From Anolis carolinensis (taxonomy: Eukaryota), in contig NC_085845.1 in assembly GCF_035594765.1 (NCBI RefSeq), positions 77,742,024 to 77,806,023 of the forward strand: a stretch of DNA of 64,000 nt. The letters run 5' to 3'. Below, piece after piece: positions 23,042-36,900 of the stretch. Both the position numbers and the translations under genes were made by a program. How positions within the stretch are numbered: the first letter of the stretch is position 1; every line of letters begins with the position of its first letter. The notes beneath the pieces are model-generated. The model saw only the letters and a program-made list of their open reading frames with translations, was not told the origin of the DNA and searched no databases.

Positions 23042-25429
23042 GTAACGAATAAAACACATGGTTTCAAAAAACAAAGCCTCATTAATATTATTAGAATTCT
23101 GCTGGTTAAATAAACTACTTAATTGTACACAAAACTGGAGACCTAGGGATTTTAAATAGTGGTTATATTTTAATTATGTTTCTCAAAAATTGGATTCTTA
23201 CATTCAAATATTTGAAATATATCTCTAATGTTGATGGTGTGAAGATTTTTGGAGGGGATACAGGATAATATTTCCTGTCTTGTTCATAATATACGTCATT
23301 TTGATTGGTTAATTTGGAAGTGGTTCTGTAGTTTGAGAGAATATGCTATACAAATAGTGATTTAGTATAATCATCCAAAGAGTCTGTACTCTTTCTTTCT
23401 GAGTTCAAGTCTATGATCATTAAATGAGCATAGAGATCATTGGAAAGATTACCAATATAATGAGTGGAAATTAACAGTCTCTCTTCCTTATAAAAAGGAT
23501 TTGTCAGGGGCAATATACGGCCTGTCTGTTACAGATAACCTTTGCCACAGCTCAGAGAAAAAGAAGTTGGGGATGACTCATACAAGCTACTTAAATGTCT
23601 GTTCCAACCTCCCCCCATGCGTTCCCAGATTTAAATCACCTTCCTTTTTGGGATGGATATGGGTCATTTGGGACTGAACATCCTCAATGCTGATCTTGCC
23701 CTGATTGTCTACTATTCTTGTTGCCATTTTGGGCAGGGAATCATTCACCTCCCTGCTTCATTTTTAAATGTGTTAACTTACTCTGCTGAGGATACTGCAT
23801 AGAACAAAATTAAAGCAACATTTTTGATCATAAAGGGGGAGGAGTAGGAGAGAGAGGATGGAAAGGGGTGGTATGAGAGTGGAGCAAAGTTTATAGAAGA
23901 GAATTACTATTTTATCATGCTTTTAATATCTGCCTTTGGAACACTCTTTTACTTAAGTTCTTTAATGTTAGATATGCAGTGGTTGATCGGTTATGTTATT
24001 ACTTAATTTTTGTTTATCTGTTATAATTGTAATTTTATTATAGTTGTGAATTTTCTTTTGGAATCTGGGAGGTTGTTTATTTCTTGTTGTTAGTGTATTC
24101 TGGCATTGAATGTTTGCTATTTTTTGTTGGAAACTGCTCGGAATCCCTTTGGGGAGATAGGGCGGTATATAAATAAAGTTGTATTAGGAGGAGGAGGAGG
24201 AGGAGGAAGAGGAGGAGAGTGAAGAATTCTTAAAGAAGTTTAAAACAGCAAAAATAAATACAACTAAGGAAAAAAATCGATGTGGTTGTGGGGGCTTATG
24301 TACTCTCTAATATGTGTTTATTATAGTTGTTAAGCTAGATTCTATATTTTGCTCATTAGTGCAATAAAAGTAATCAATTTAGAAAAGGCAGGAAGGGACT
24401 AATTTTACAATGATAATGTGCTGTTGGGATGTGGGGAGAATATGGATTCTCTTCACAAATAATTGTGCATTTTTCTCAGAAAACCAAATAATGCTTCAAA
24501 AACACAGTGAGGTCTTTTTCTCATTTGGTACATCTCTTCACTTTTTGTTTCTTTGGCTATTTCTGGCACTGGTTTATGAATAAATGATAGAAGTTTGCAA
24601 ATCTTCACTGCACTGGGAAATCCCAGATGATTCTGATTGTTAGGATACAGATCACTGGATGCTTGTCTGGAAATGTACATCAGGTGATAAAGGTAGTCCC
24701 TGTGGTGGCAACTTCATGACTGGAATAAAAATAAGACAGAGACTGATGCAGGTTTGACTGCCACCTCCTGCTCTGGAGACCTGGGAGGCAATTTATATTG
24801 ACCTCACTTGCAATTATTCTGTTCTACACTAGATGCTACATCTGATTCAGAACTGGATTTAATGGTTATGAAATCCAGCTATTTTGGTGCAGACTAACTT
24901 GGAAGCTGGCCAATTCAACACAGATCTTAATCCACATCTTGGATTCAAAACTCACATCTTTTTGTCTGCCACTGACTTGTCATTAAAATAAAATGATTTA
25001 CCTGTTTTGCTGTTTGTCAGAAATTTTTTGCATATATTTTTTATAGAAGGAGATTATCTCTACAAATTCTAGATAAATTCAGCAATTTGACGTGATGCGA
25101 CTAATTTTTTAAAAGGAAACTACTTATGGGACTTAATTTCTTAGCAGAACTGAATTACATTTTGAAAGCTGATAATTATCTCAGGGAATCAGGTTGCAGA
25201 AGAATATGTGCAGGGTGTTTTGTGTGAGAGTAGAGTTTACAATTTGGGATTTCTGAATAAGGATGCATTTATTCTCCTAAGGTTTTGGAGAGCTGTTGTT
25301 AAAATGACAAACAAGACAGAGGTGGCCATAGCCAACAGACCTGAAAAATTTCAGACATATTTTTCGGAGTTCTGTTGAGAGGGGGGAGTCAGACTGGAGT
25401 GAGCATGAGACAACTGTATTGCTGTAATG

Positions 25430-25562
25430 CAGTGGTTCTCAGCCTGGGGTCCCCAAGTGTTTTGGCTACAACTCCCAGAACTTCTAGCCAGTTTACCAGC
25501 TATTAGGATTTCTGGGAGTTGAAGGCCAAAAACATCTGGGGACTCCAGGTTGAGAACCACTA
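25430..25562. mobile_element. Palindromic hAT MITE with SPIN-type TIRs
   Basis: CAGTGGTTCTCA...TGAGAACCACTA; 8-bp TSD ctgtaatg. Confidence 0.9.
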
Positions 25563-26024
25563 CTGTAATGCATGAAGTAGCTCTAGAACTGTCCCACAGA
25601 TTATAGTTATTTTTCTAGAATAAATTGAAAAATGATAGGATGAAAATTAATAACCAAGAAATGTAAATATGGATAAAATAGTTTTAAACCTGATCATACT
25701 TAAAACAAGCAAGACTTCTCAGGGGAGTGTCTTGCAGAGGAATACAAGCCAGGGGACACTTTTTCATCCTCCATCTCAATAGTTTTCAAAGTGTTGACCC
25801 TTGTGGATTTTCAGATTAGTAGTAGAAGTTCCTCACTGAAAAGATAACATTTTACTGGAGAGCAATTTCCCGAACATATCTGTAAATGTCTCCTTTGTCA
25901 TGCCCATCCATTGAGGACTGATATATTTAGGGATTCCTGGACAGCATTTTATTTGACCAGATAAAATCCTTCTATAGCCCTGAGTCCCTCAGTAGTATAT
26001 TTTGGTGTGTATTATGAAAAGGGT

Positions 26025-26356
26025 GGAGCCCCTGGTGGCACAGTGGGTTATGCTGCTGAGCTGCTGAACTTGCTGACCAAAAGGTTGGTGGTTCAAATCT
26101 GGGGAGCAGAGTGAGCTCCTGCTGTCAGCTCCAGCTTCTGCCAACTTAGCAGTTCTAAAACATGTAAATGTGAGTAGATCAATAGCTACCACTCTGGTGG
26201 GATAGTAACAGCGCTCCATGCAGTCATGCCGGCCACATGACTTTGAAGGTGTCTATGGACAATGCAGGCTCTTCGGCTTAGAAATGGAGATGAGCATCAA
26301 CCCCCAGAGTCAGACACAGATAGAATTAATGTCAGTGGAAAGCCTTTACTTTTACC
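26025..26356 (+). mobile_element. Sauria SINE
   Basis: tRNA-like head, core aaatgtgagtagatcaatag, (ACCTTT)-like tail; 12-bp TSD tatgaaaagggt. Confidence 0.9.
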
Positions 26357-27528
26357 TATGAAAAGGGTCTTCTGAAAGCAGAAAGGTAGAAAACGTTTCT
26401 ACTGTTTCAAGATAAGACATCTATTACAGCTGCAATTGTGGTATTCTGTATAAGGGAATCAAATAATGGTGATTGCCTGGGGAAACTACCTTGTTAAAAT
26501 TATTAGTCAGAATGTAGCTCTGTGGAGACCACTGTATCTACATGCAGTATATGTAGGCGCTTTTTCCTGCTGTGCTGAAACAGAAGTCCAAATAAATGCT
26601 GAAGTCATAAGGCAAGCTTTTGTCACGATGCATTCCTATTCCTCTAATCTGACAAATGTGAGATGTGAAAAAATGAACAGATGGTACAATAATTTCATAT
26701 TTCATTTGGTTCATAGAGTTCATAGAGTGTTTTTAAAATAGATATTTAGATATTCTATTACTTCTGATGCATTGTCTTTTAAAATATGCAAATAGAAGGA
26801 AAAGGAAATATGGTTCAGAAACCTGGTATCATTCTGTGTGCTCTGCAGCATGTTTATAGTTTTGCTATATCATCTCAACAGCTTCCCACTCAGACTCAGT
26901 GGTGAACAGTGCTTACCATGTTTGTTATGCAAGAGTTCCTTTCCTCTTTGTTGTTCTGTTTTTGTTTTTTTGTTTTTTGTTTTTGTTTTTTTGGCTTGGG
27001 CAGCTATATTTTGGCTCATAGCCAGACTGCTCTGGAAGAAATGAAAATGCATCCTCTAAAATATATATTAGATGCATTTTAGTAGCAAGGTAAAAGAGCT
27101 TTGCTAATTTAGATTGGCAGTATGTTTACATGATTTCAAGGATTTGTGTTTTGGAAAAGCCCCTGAGAGGCATTCTTACTACCCATCGATGTGCCCAAGA
27201 TTCCATAATAATTTCATTTAAATAGAAGGTGGGATCATTTTTATACAATATAAACTAGCAGCAGATCCCAGTGGAACAAAGGAAGTCCTATTCTTGAGTT
27301 CAGATCCTCTGTGGCTGCCAGTTGAGCTGAATATCACACAACTTTCCAGTTCTCAGCCCTGAGACTGTATCAGTTCCTATCGAGATGGATAAGAGAAGGA
27401 GTGGTTGGTCAGAAAGAAAGGGAACTGGTAGAGTATAGGATACAATGAATGTATGGTAATCAAAGGGATTTCCTTCTATGGAGTATGGGCTAGCATAGCC
27501 AGGCACTGAGTTTTGAAGTATTTGATTA

Positions 27529-27836
27529 CAGTAGAGTCTCACTTATCCAAGCCTCTGGATTATCCAAGCCATTTTTGTAGTCAATGTTTTCAATATATCG
27601 TGATATTTTGGTGCTAAATTTGTAAATACAGTAATTACAATATAACATTACTGCGTATTGAACTACTTTTTCTGTCAAATTTGTTGTATAACATGAAGTT
27701 TTGGTGCTTAATTTGTAAAATCATAACCTAATTTGATGTTTAATAGGCTTTTCCTTAATCCCTCCTTATTATCCAAGATATTCGCTTATCCAAGCTTCTG
27801 CCGGCCCGTTTAGCTTGGATAAGTGAGACTCTACTG
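27529..27836. mobile_element. Tc1/mariner (Tigger-like) MITE
   Basis: Perfect 24-bp TIR CAGTAGAGTCTCACTTATCCAAGC; TA TSD. Confidence 0.92.
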
Positions 27837-28142
27837 TACTTGCATTTCTGGGCAAATCACTGGTTCCACTACTATTCAGATATGCATATCAAAAGCACAC
27901 TTTTCCTTTAAATTTACTAACTTTTTAATATTGATGAAGTTATTTTAGTTGTGAAGTGTATAACATGCGGTAGTAAACATAGCAAATACTTTCATATTTG
28001 AAGCATCTGTGCCAACAGTATGCTAGGCTACCCAGGTTTCACTGAAATAATTCAAAGCATAGATTGGTGTATTTGATGGCTTTCATTCTTGATTTTCATT
28101 GAATGATGAACTCAATAAAGTGTTTAATCTGAATTTTAATGA

Positions 28143-28163
28143 TTCAGCACTTTGGATAGTTTC
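28143..28163 (+). promoter_or_regulatory. RE1/NRSE-like motif TTCAGCACTTTGGATAGTTTC
   Basis: Canonical spacing against the consensus TTCAGCACCnnGGACAGnnCC; identical over 19 bp to 33418. Confidence 0.5.
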
Positions 28164-30647
28164 CTAAAAGTTTGGACCATCAGTGAAAGTGGATTTAGCA
28201 CTTTATTAGCAAGGAACCACTAGCTATCCCAAACATTTTCAGATTTTTTCTAGAAGTGTTTATGTTAGGAAAGAACAATCATGTCAACATATCTAATGTG
28301 AAAGAGGAAAAAAGAGTAGTGATCATCAAAACAAATATACAGTGAGGACTTAAACAAAAGTGAGTTACAGTGAATTGCTGGATACAGATGATTTGTTGTC
28401 CAGTTACATTAAGGAAATTCATTTGTTCTGCTTTATCCATGTTGTTAGTGTATTTGAATTTTTTCATTGGTTTTGAAAATGTGGAAATCTTGCAATGAGG
28501 ATCAATCAGAAAACAATCCTTTAGTCCCATTTGTTCATATTCAGTTACTATTGCAGCTTTGCTAAAACACATCTCAAACTGACAAGTGATATTTTAATAC
28601 AAGGATTGCATCCTAGTTTACAAATGCTAGAGATGCATTTAACTTAGCTCAGAGGTTTTAAATATTGGAACACACATTCAAAATAATTGATATTTTCTTA
28701 TTTGAGACTAAGTGAATACAGATATCAGAATAACTTTTGAATAATTTGAGGCAGTTTGCTCAATATAATATATGTGCAAAAGCATGGAGAAGTGCAGAAA
28801 AACATTACAGATGGTTGCTTGCTTACTTGTATTCTGTGGATGCTGTTGCTCCTCTCCTAGTTACTGACTAGTACTGTTGCTATGGAAAATGCCTCCATCA
28901 CTGCCACAGTTCTCCTTTGTTACTATTTCCTAGTTCTTTGTTTAGGGAAGTGGCCGTTAATATGTTCTAATAATCTAAAAGCAACTTATACTGATACTGA
29001 TTTTGTTACAAAGGAATCAGTAATTCTGCTCCAACTCAAAGGTATTTTCTCTCCCAGAGACACAACAATTTTAAAGGATTGCTTTCCTTTTAAGCCTTTT
29101 ATGCACTTGTTACTTCATGAAGCTATTTGTTTTGTGTTTTTTAAGATTACTTTTGAATTTTTCTTGCATTTCATATAACATCTATATATGCATGTACCTG
29201 GCATGTGTGTTTGAAGAATTAATATACAGTAATCATAATATCATAATAAATCCCAGAAACAAACAAACAAAAAAGAATATTCTATGAGCAAAATTAGCAT
29301 TAGCATTTAGGGCAGAAAAGAACAAGGTTTGAGCAGCTGGCACCAGAGTCAGGCAGAGTAATATGGAAGAAGAGGAATAACTAGAAAAGAAAATGTACAA
29401 GTTTTTCCATATTCTAGTGAAGGATCCATAGAATATCATCATGACCTGTAAATCCTTTTGTGACCTTCTTAACACAAATTATAGATTGTTGTTAAAAAAT
29501 TTAAATATTTAATAAACATAAACAGTAAATAGTTGTTCTCCTGTATATAAACTTTCCTTCACAGGATTTATAATTGCAAGAGTTGAATCCAGACTAAGTT
29601 AAAGTTGTTTTCTGTTGAAACCCATGCGATTTAAGTTACTAATGAGTCACTTGCCTCACAAACTTCAGTAGATTTAAGCATAACCATCTTCGGCTACACC
29701 CTATATCCAGGTATCTGGTAATGAACTCAACAGAACTCAGTGAGTTACTTATGAATAAACATAGATAGGGTTACATTATTAATCTAAATGAAATCCATTG
29801 CCTTAATTAAGTATTAACTTGAATGCCAATTTCAGGACCCTATTCATAGGTTGTGAAGTTGTGGGAGTAATAATCATTACAGCAACTTGGGAGGGAAGTA
29901 AAGCTGTATTTGACACGTTTTCTGCCAGCAGCTCTTAATTCTTCCCTCTGGAACAGTGCTACTTTCCTTGTCGATCTGTGATATGTGCAGATGTGACTTC
30001 CCAGTTGTTTTTTTTTTCTCCTCTAGGGTTGGAATGAAAGTTAGCTTTGAATAACAGAGAGTTACAAGGATTTTATGTACCCTCTACTATGTGACAGTGT
30101 ACCCAATGAAGAAAAAGGAAAAATATGTGTGTGTTTTTCTTATAAAACCATCCTCCTCTGCCGCATCTCCTAATATTTGCATGGTGGTACAAATTCATGT
30201 CTTCTGCTGCTGTTGCTGCTTCTCTCAACCAAGGAATGTCCACTGTTTGTTAAAGAGCAGCTGTTATGGCTGCTCTTTAATGACAATGGCTCCTTCTGCA
30301 AATGTGCCCTACTCTCACACACCTCTGCACTTTCCCTCCTATTGGAGGAGGAGGGAAAGATGGCAACAGCAGAAAGTCCTCTCTCACTTTGCCAGGGCTG
30401 CTGTTCCTTCCTGTTCTCTCTCTATATCTTGGCATCGGGTGGCCTTGACTGGCTGGTAGCCCAGGAGCTTTGCCATATTCAAATTGGCCTAACTATGCAA
30501 CTGGCTCTTAAATTTGGTTGGAAGATGTTGTCAGGAAAATTTTTTTGCTTGTCCCCATTTAATATTATACAACTGCTGGCATTGTTATAAACAAATAACA
30601 GTGATTACATTTTGTGTGAAATACACACATGCACACCTTGACTCCTT

Positions 30648-31763
30648 TAAAGCCATTGTTCCATGTCCTAGTCTGCAGGGCAGCAGAAAACAAGCTTGCT
30701 CCCTCCTCCCTATGACTTCCCCTCACATATTTCTACATAGCTATCATGTCTCCTCTCAGCCTTCTCTTTTGCAGGCCAAACATGCCTAGTTCTTTAAGCC
30801 ACTCCTCATAGGGCTTGTTCTCCAGACCCTTGATCATTTTAGTTGCCCTACTCTGGACACATTCCAGCTTGTCAACATCTCCCTTTAATTGTGGTGCCCA
30901 GAATTGGACACAGTATTCCAGGTGTGGTCTGACCAAGGCAGAATAGAGGGGTAGCATGACTTCCCTGGATCTAGAAGCTATAGAACTCTCTTCTAATGAG
31001 CCAACAATGTTATGCGGCTGCTAAAAAAGCCAATGGGATTTTGGCCTGCATCAATAGGATGCAGGCCAAAATCCCATTAGCTTTTTTAGCAGCCGCATAA
31101 CATTGTTGGCTCATGTTTAACTTGTTGTCCACAAGGACTCTAATATCTTTTTCACATGTACTGTTGTTGAGCCAGGCGTCCCCCATTCTGTATCTTTGCA
31201 TTCCATTTTTTTCTGCCGAAGTGAAGTATCTTGCATTTGTCCCTGTTTAACTTCATTTTATTAGTTTCGGCCCATCTCTCTAATCTGTCAAGATTGTTTT
31301 GAATTCTGCTCCTATCTTCTGGAGTGTTGGCTATCCCTCCCGGTTTGGTGTCGTCTGCAAACTTGATGATCATGCATTCTAACCCTTTGTCTAAGTCTTT
31401 AATAAAGATGTTGAACAGAACTGGGCCCAAGACAGAGCCCTGTGGCACTCCACTCGTGATTCCCTTCCAAGATGTAGAAGACACATTGGTGAGCACCCTT
31501 TGGGTTCGTTCGCTTAGCCAATTACAGATCCACCTAACTGTAGTTTTGTCTAGCCCACATTTTACTAGTTTGTTTGCCAGAAGGTTGTGGGGGACCTTGT
31601 CAAAGGCCTTACTGAAATCCAGGTACGCTACATCCACAGCGTTTCCTGTATCGACCCAACTCGTAACTCTCTCTCAAAAAAAAGAGATCAGATTAGTCTG
31701 GCATGACTTGTTTTTGGTGAATCTGTGTTGACTATTAGCAATGACCGCATTTGTTTCTAAGTT
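30648..31763 (-). mobile_element. CR1 LINE fragment (RT to near the 3' end) with an internal foldback
   Basis: Encodes DFSKAFDKVPH, GVPQGSVLGPVLFNIFI and KFADDTK. Confidence 0.93.
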
Positions 31764-32489
31764 GTTGTTTTTTTGTTTTGTTTTTTGCTTGTAACAATGA
31801 ATAACTGCTTTATGCCAAATTTTACTTCTTTCTGTATATTTTGTGATGATTCAGGAGTTGGCACAAAGAAGACCAAAGTCTGGCTTGATTTCTAATTGCA
31901 ATTTTCAAGTTGTGACAAGCATCAGCATAAGTAACTTGACAGGATCTGTTTTTGGTCTGTGGCACTAATGAAGCCTATGGCTTTAATCCTCAAAACTGCT
32001 TTCTATTGAAGCAAACTGAATTAGCATGACTACTTCAAGATATATTTCTTTACATTAAAATGCAACTGTGTAACGGAGAAATTGAAGAAAAAGTGGTGGA
32101 GGCTCACTCAACCTGATTAATCTAAGTGAGATAGCTATGGTGTAGTAACCCAGAGAATGCCACCATATTAACTATAAACTAGTTTATAATACATTCAGGA
32201 GCATGTATCTATATTTAATAAATCTGTATGCAATCTTTCTCCTAGAGTGGGAGTGAGGGCAGCTCACAAAACAACCAGTTAAAACCTAACATGCAAATAA
32301 CCTAACACTTAAACCCAACCTGAAATTTAAACATAATTTAAAAGCACACACTAAAATGATAGCTTATAAATTATGTAAATGTACAAGCTATCATAATTTA
32401 TACAATTTATAAATTGTATAAATTTAGAAGTGACTTGCATTATGTTTTCAAGTTGCTTCTGACATGATAAAAATTGTATAAAACATTTG

Positions 32490-32735
32490 TTGTTATTGTT
32501 GTTGTGTGTCTTCAGGTTATTTCTGACTTATGGAGACTCTAAGACAAATCTATCATGGGGTTTTCTTGGCATAGTTTGCCCAGAGGGAGTTCACTTTTGC
32601 TTTTCCTCTGATGCTGAGAGAATGTGATTTGTCCAAAGGTGATTGGTTACACATACGGTCTCCATGACTGAACTGAGATCCAAACTCTGGTCCCCAGAGT
32701 TATAGTCCAGTACACAAACACTACATCATACTCAT
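32490..32735 (-). mobile_element. Old tRNA-derived SINE (related copies ~43700-43895 and 52218-52420)
   Basis: tRNA-like head (gtgtagtg...gttcg/ggatc) and a shared body (atggggttttcttggca) with a (CAA)n tail. Confidence 0.6.
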
Positions 32736-33417
32736 AGAAAAGTATTAAAACATAAACATTAAAAATAAAGCACAGTGTCCCAGAAGATTTCCTGCATGGG
32801 AATATATATAGTAAAAACCTGTTTCAGTAAAAAAACACACCAAAAAAAAAACTTTGCCACCCTTTGAAAGGAGAACAGGGGAGCACCAGTGAATCCCAGG
32901 AAATTTTCACAGTCACTGAAAGGGATCTATCCCCTGTACTTACTTAGTCTGTGATGGTGGTAGGAGCAAGAGAAAGTCTTCCTGTGTAAAACTTAAGACA
33001 GGACCAGACTCATATGGGGAGAAAAAATGGTCTTTACAATTGTTGGAATTTAACCTCGTAAAATTGTATAGTTTTATAGCAGCCTTTTGACTTGCATCTA
33101 GAAATGATATAGTAATTAATGAAGCTGCTTTCACATTATGTGCTCCTTGAAGCTGTTATGACCATGCTGAAGTTTCCAAACAGTGCAATTGAACATAAAA
33201 ATATTAAAACATATTTAACACACCACTTAATCATATCCTTGGAACTCAGTTACATGGAAGTGTATGATTGATGTGTAAGTACATGGAAACTATTTCTTCT
33301 TTCTCAGGCAAAATATTACAATTTTGATGTAAGTTGTGGCTTCTGTGTCAATAGAACCTGTTCTAGGCTTTATTCTAAGCTGCAAAAGTGCTGCAAAACC
33401 CTATTTTGGAGATAGGG

Positions 33418-33438
33418 TTCAGCACTTTGGATAGTTCC
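33418..33438 (+). promoter_or_regulatory. RE1/NRSE-like motif TTCAGCACTTTGGATAGTTCC
   Basis: Same motif as 28143, here ending in the consensus CC. Confidence 0.55.
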
Positions 33439-33770
33439 TTTAAACCCCGGCCTAAATGTCAAAGCAGTTTCATGATCTCACTGGCATGGAAGCCACTGCT
33501 TCCACAAAGGTCAGTGGGCTTTAACTGTTCTTGAGCAGAATGAAGGATCTCATCTTCTGCCACCATAGTGGAAGAAGATCACACTGAGTTTTTCAGCTTG
33601 ACCGAACCGAGGATTTTCTTGGGAACTCTATCTTAGGGTTGATTGAGAAAAAATAGGAAAGACACAGAGTACCAAAGCAAACATGTTCTTGTCTGCTCTG
33701 AAATATAGTGTCTGTGGAAAGCAATGTGAGCTTTCTTTTTTTAGCTTTCTCTCTTCTCATTGCCCTAACC

Positions 33771-33904
33771 CTGGCATGGGCAAACTTCAGCCCTCCAGAT
33801 GTTTTGGACTTCAACTCTCACAATTCCTAACAGCCTACCAGCTGTTAGGAATTGTGGGAGTTGAAGTTCAGAACACCTAGAGGGCTGAAGTTTGCCCATG
33901 CCTG
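33771..33904. mobile_element. Palindromic hAT-Charlie-type MITE
   Basis: C(T)GGCATGGGCAAACTT...AAGTTTGCCCATGCCTG, a near-complete palindrome; 8-bp TSD ccctaacc. Confidence 0.9.
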
Positions 33905-36900
33905 CCCTAACCTCTCTACTATCCCATGTTTCATCAGTTTGAATGTGCACACATGGAAACTATAAATGATAGAGGTGGGGGGATTAAAAGACAAGGTACT
34001 GTTCCAAAGTTCATTGAACAGTTTTTTAAATACAGTATTAGAAATTGGAGAGAACTTTAATGGCCTCCTGCTTCTCAGTGGATATCTGAGTTTAATTTGT
34101 GTTTAGAAATATGTATGTTTAAAAATATGTTTCAAAAAAGGTGCATATATTAAAGTGCAAATGCATATATTTTGGCTGATATTCTGTGGATTAGTCCCAA
34201 CTAGAGTAGATTTATTCAATCAATTGTTGGGTGGAGATTTAATGCATAGGTACATATCATTGATTCAATGGCTGTACTACAGTCAGGAATATAGATAGCA
34301 TATTATAAGAATCATTTTACTGTACTGTTCACAGATGGTACAACCCACAGAGATTGCCTTCTTCTGGTGTGAGACTGCAGGAATTCAGGTGCAAAAAGTC
34401 ACTTATGGAGCAGGTCTAAATTAATCACCAAGCTGGAATTCTCCTGTAAGTTCCCACCAACTAGCTCCATAATTCTGACTATTAACTACTTAACTCTTAC
34501 TCTAAAATGACAGATTATTTCCACAGTATAAATATATCATAGGTTCTGAAGCATTCTTTTAAAAAATTATATAATAACAACCAGTAATCTGGAACTCACA
34601 TGATGAAGGAAATATGAAAGGAGTGGCTATTTCCACTCATGTGACCAATACATTTGGAATATTCATTGTGCTTCTTTCATTACTGTGGCATAGTCACCTT
34701 CTACATCCTTCCTCAAAAGTGAGTCCCATTGATTTCAAATACAAATTCCAGGGGTATATGTTTGGGATTTCTTGGAAGAAGTAATGGATTTTTAAAAAAA
34801 GTTTTAAAATATCTATTCCCTTTATTTCTCTTTCATCTTTTTTCCAAATTTCAAGTCAGATCACAAAAAAAACAGAAAATTATAGTAAAAACACATATAG
34901 TTAAAATAACATACAGACATGAAATGGTATTAAACAAAATAATTGAAACATTTCCAAAATCTTATTTTAAAGCAAGCATTAAAAACAGTACAAAACTATA
35001 AAATCTATTTTCTTGTTAAATCAATTCTTAAATGATTGCTAGAATACAAAAGGCAACAAAGGAAGAGCCATTCTGATATTTTATGGATTGAATTCCAAAG
35101 TGTGGGAGCAGCCACAGAGAAGGATTCCACTGTATTCCCACCAGCCAACCCTGTGGAGATCTCAGAGCTTGGGCAGGCTCATATGAGAACATACGGTTCT
35201 TCAAAAAGCCTGAATGATTTGGCATAAGCTGTGTTTTTTCAGTTTATGCACCATAATCACAACTCATCATAAGAGCAGTGAAATATGATCCAAAATCTTT
35301 TTCTCCTTGTTTGCGTAGATTTCTCTTATTCTTTATTTTTGGCAGATGGGAAGTGATCACATTTTGATTCAAATGACTGAAAATGTCAGATTGGAAGAGT
35401 TAAGAGATTTTTTTATTATAGGTACTGAATGTGCCTTAGTTTAAAAGCTTGCCATTACATTTCTTTCTGAAAAAAAGAAACTTAATTAATATCTGTGCAA
35501 TTATGAAAGACACATTGGCTGACTAGTTGGTGCCTTTGCAATGTGCTGTAACTATGTGCCTAAAAACCAGACATGATACAGTACTTTGAAATTTAGTTAC
35601 TAATAATTTGTAATTATACTTACTTGAATACTAGTATCTTGTCTTCTCTGTTTGTATTCTTAATACTTGTTTTCCCCATTGGTTATGATGGCTAGGGCTT
35701 TGGAAAGTACACTCCAACAATATCTGGAAGGCTTCTTCCTGTTTTCATACTTTCCATGTCTATCAAAGTCAGTTTTCTGAAAAGAACTGGTGATGTTAGA
35801 TCATTCACAGATCCATTTGATAGTGAACAAAACTGTTTATGTTAAAGATGATTAGTTACATTCATGAGAATTATGTATAACCATTTCAAACTACCTCCAT
35901 CTTTAGAAATAGTATACTTCTGACTAACATGTTAGGAATAAGTTTTTATGGGCTTCCCAGGGCAATTTGTGGTATCCTGAACAGGGTGCTGGATTCTTCA
36001 TGTGATTTAGGCACAAATAGGAAATGTTACTTTTTTGGTCTTCTGCTCCAGAATCTACCAGCTAACATGGCCAGTATATTAGTTAGTTGCCTACATACTA
36101 CTTTGCATGAACCTTCCCTTGTTCATAATTACAGTTTTGTAATGGCCAAATACTTGTATGGTGGGCTTAGCATCTAGACTTTGAGATCCTGCAGTCTTTA
36201 GTGGGTTAGCAGATCTGACACAAAAAGACAGAATCCATAGTTAGCCACACATATTACATGTATCTTTAACTATATAGAGTATTTTTTTTTTGGTGCAACC
36301 TATCCTCAGTCTCCTGTTGCTAGCTTCTAGTTTAGAGCAAACATGAAATCATTTTATTGTTGTTGATATTGACAAGAAGATACATTGTTAATACAGTCCG
36401 TATTTATTTTCTTCTAATTGATGAAATGTAAAAACAGCCATGGTTAATATTCCCAGGTATCTTTGTGCATTTTATCTTGGATAGAATATATACAACAAAA
36501 CATTTATTAGACAGAAAGACTATTCACTAATAGTGTGATAATTGTAGTGGATGGGTTATGTGTACTTGTAATATCCAGTTGTTCCTACATTTTGCTGAGT
36601 TGCCCTTCCTAGACTATCAGCTGCTGCTATTAAATCAATTTTTGTGGTCTAGCATATCAGTTTTTTTTCTGTAGATATGGATTATTTTAATATCTCAGAC
36701 AGGGTATGTGTATGAAGAGGTTCACCCATATGCCTCTTGTTGTTAAATGAAATTGGGGGAGGGGTGATCAGAACATCTTTTTAGACTAGAGGAAGAATGG
36801 CAAGGAAAACTAATGGTCCATCTAATGTTTCTAGATAGTTGGTATAGGCTGAGGATTAATAGAAAATTGATTTGGATCTACTGGCAGAGCTCTAGAGAGT

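Noticed and set aside
30091-30590. 122-137 aa ORFs as a nested gene
   Set aside because: No domain similarity, low-complexity content and no convincing exon boundaries.
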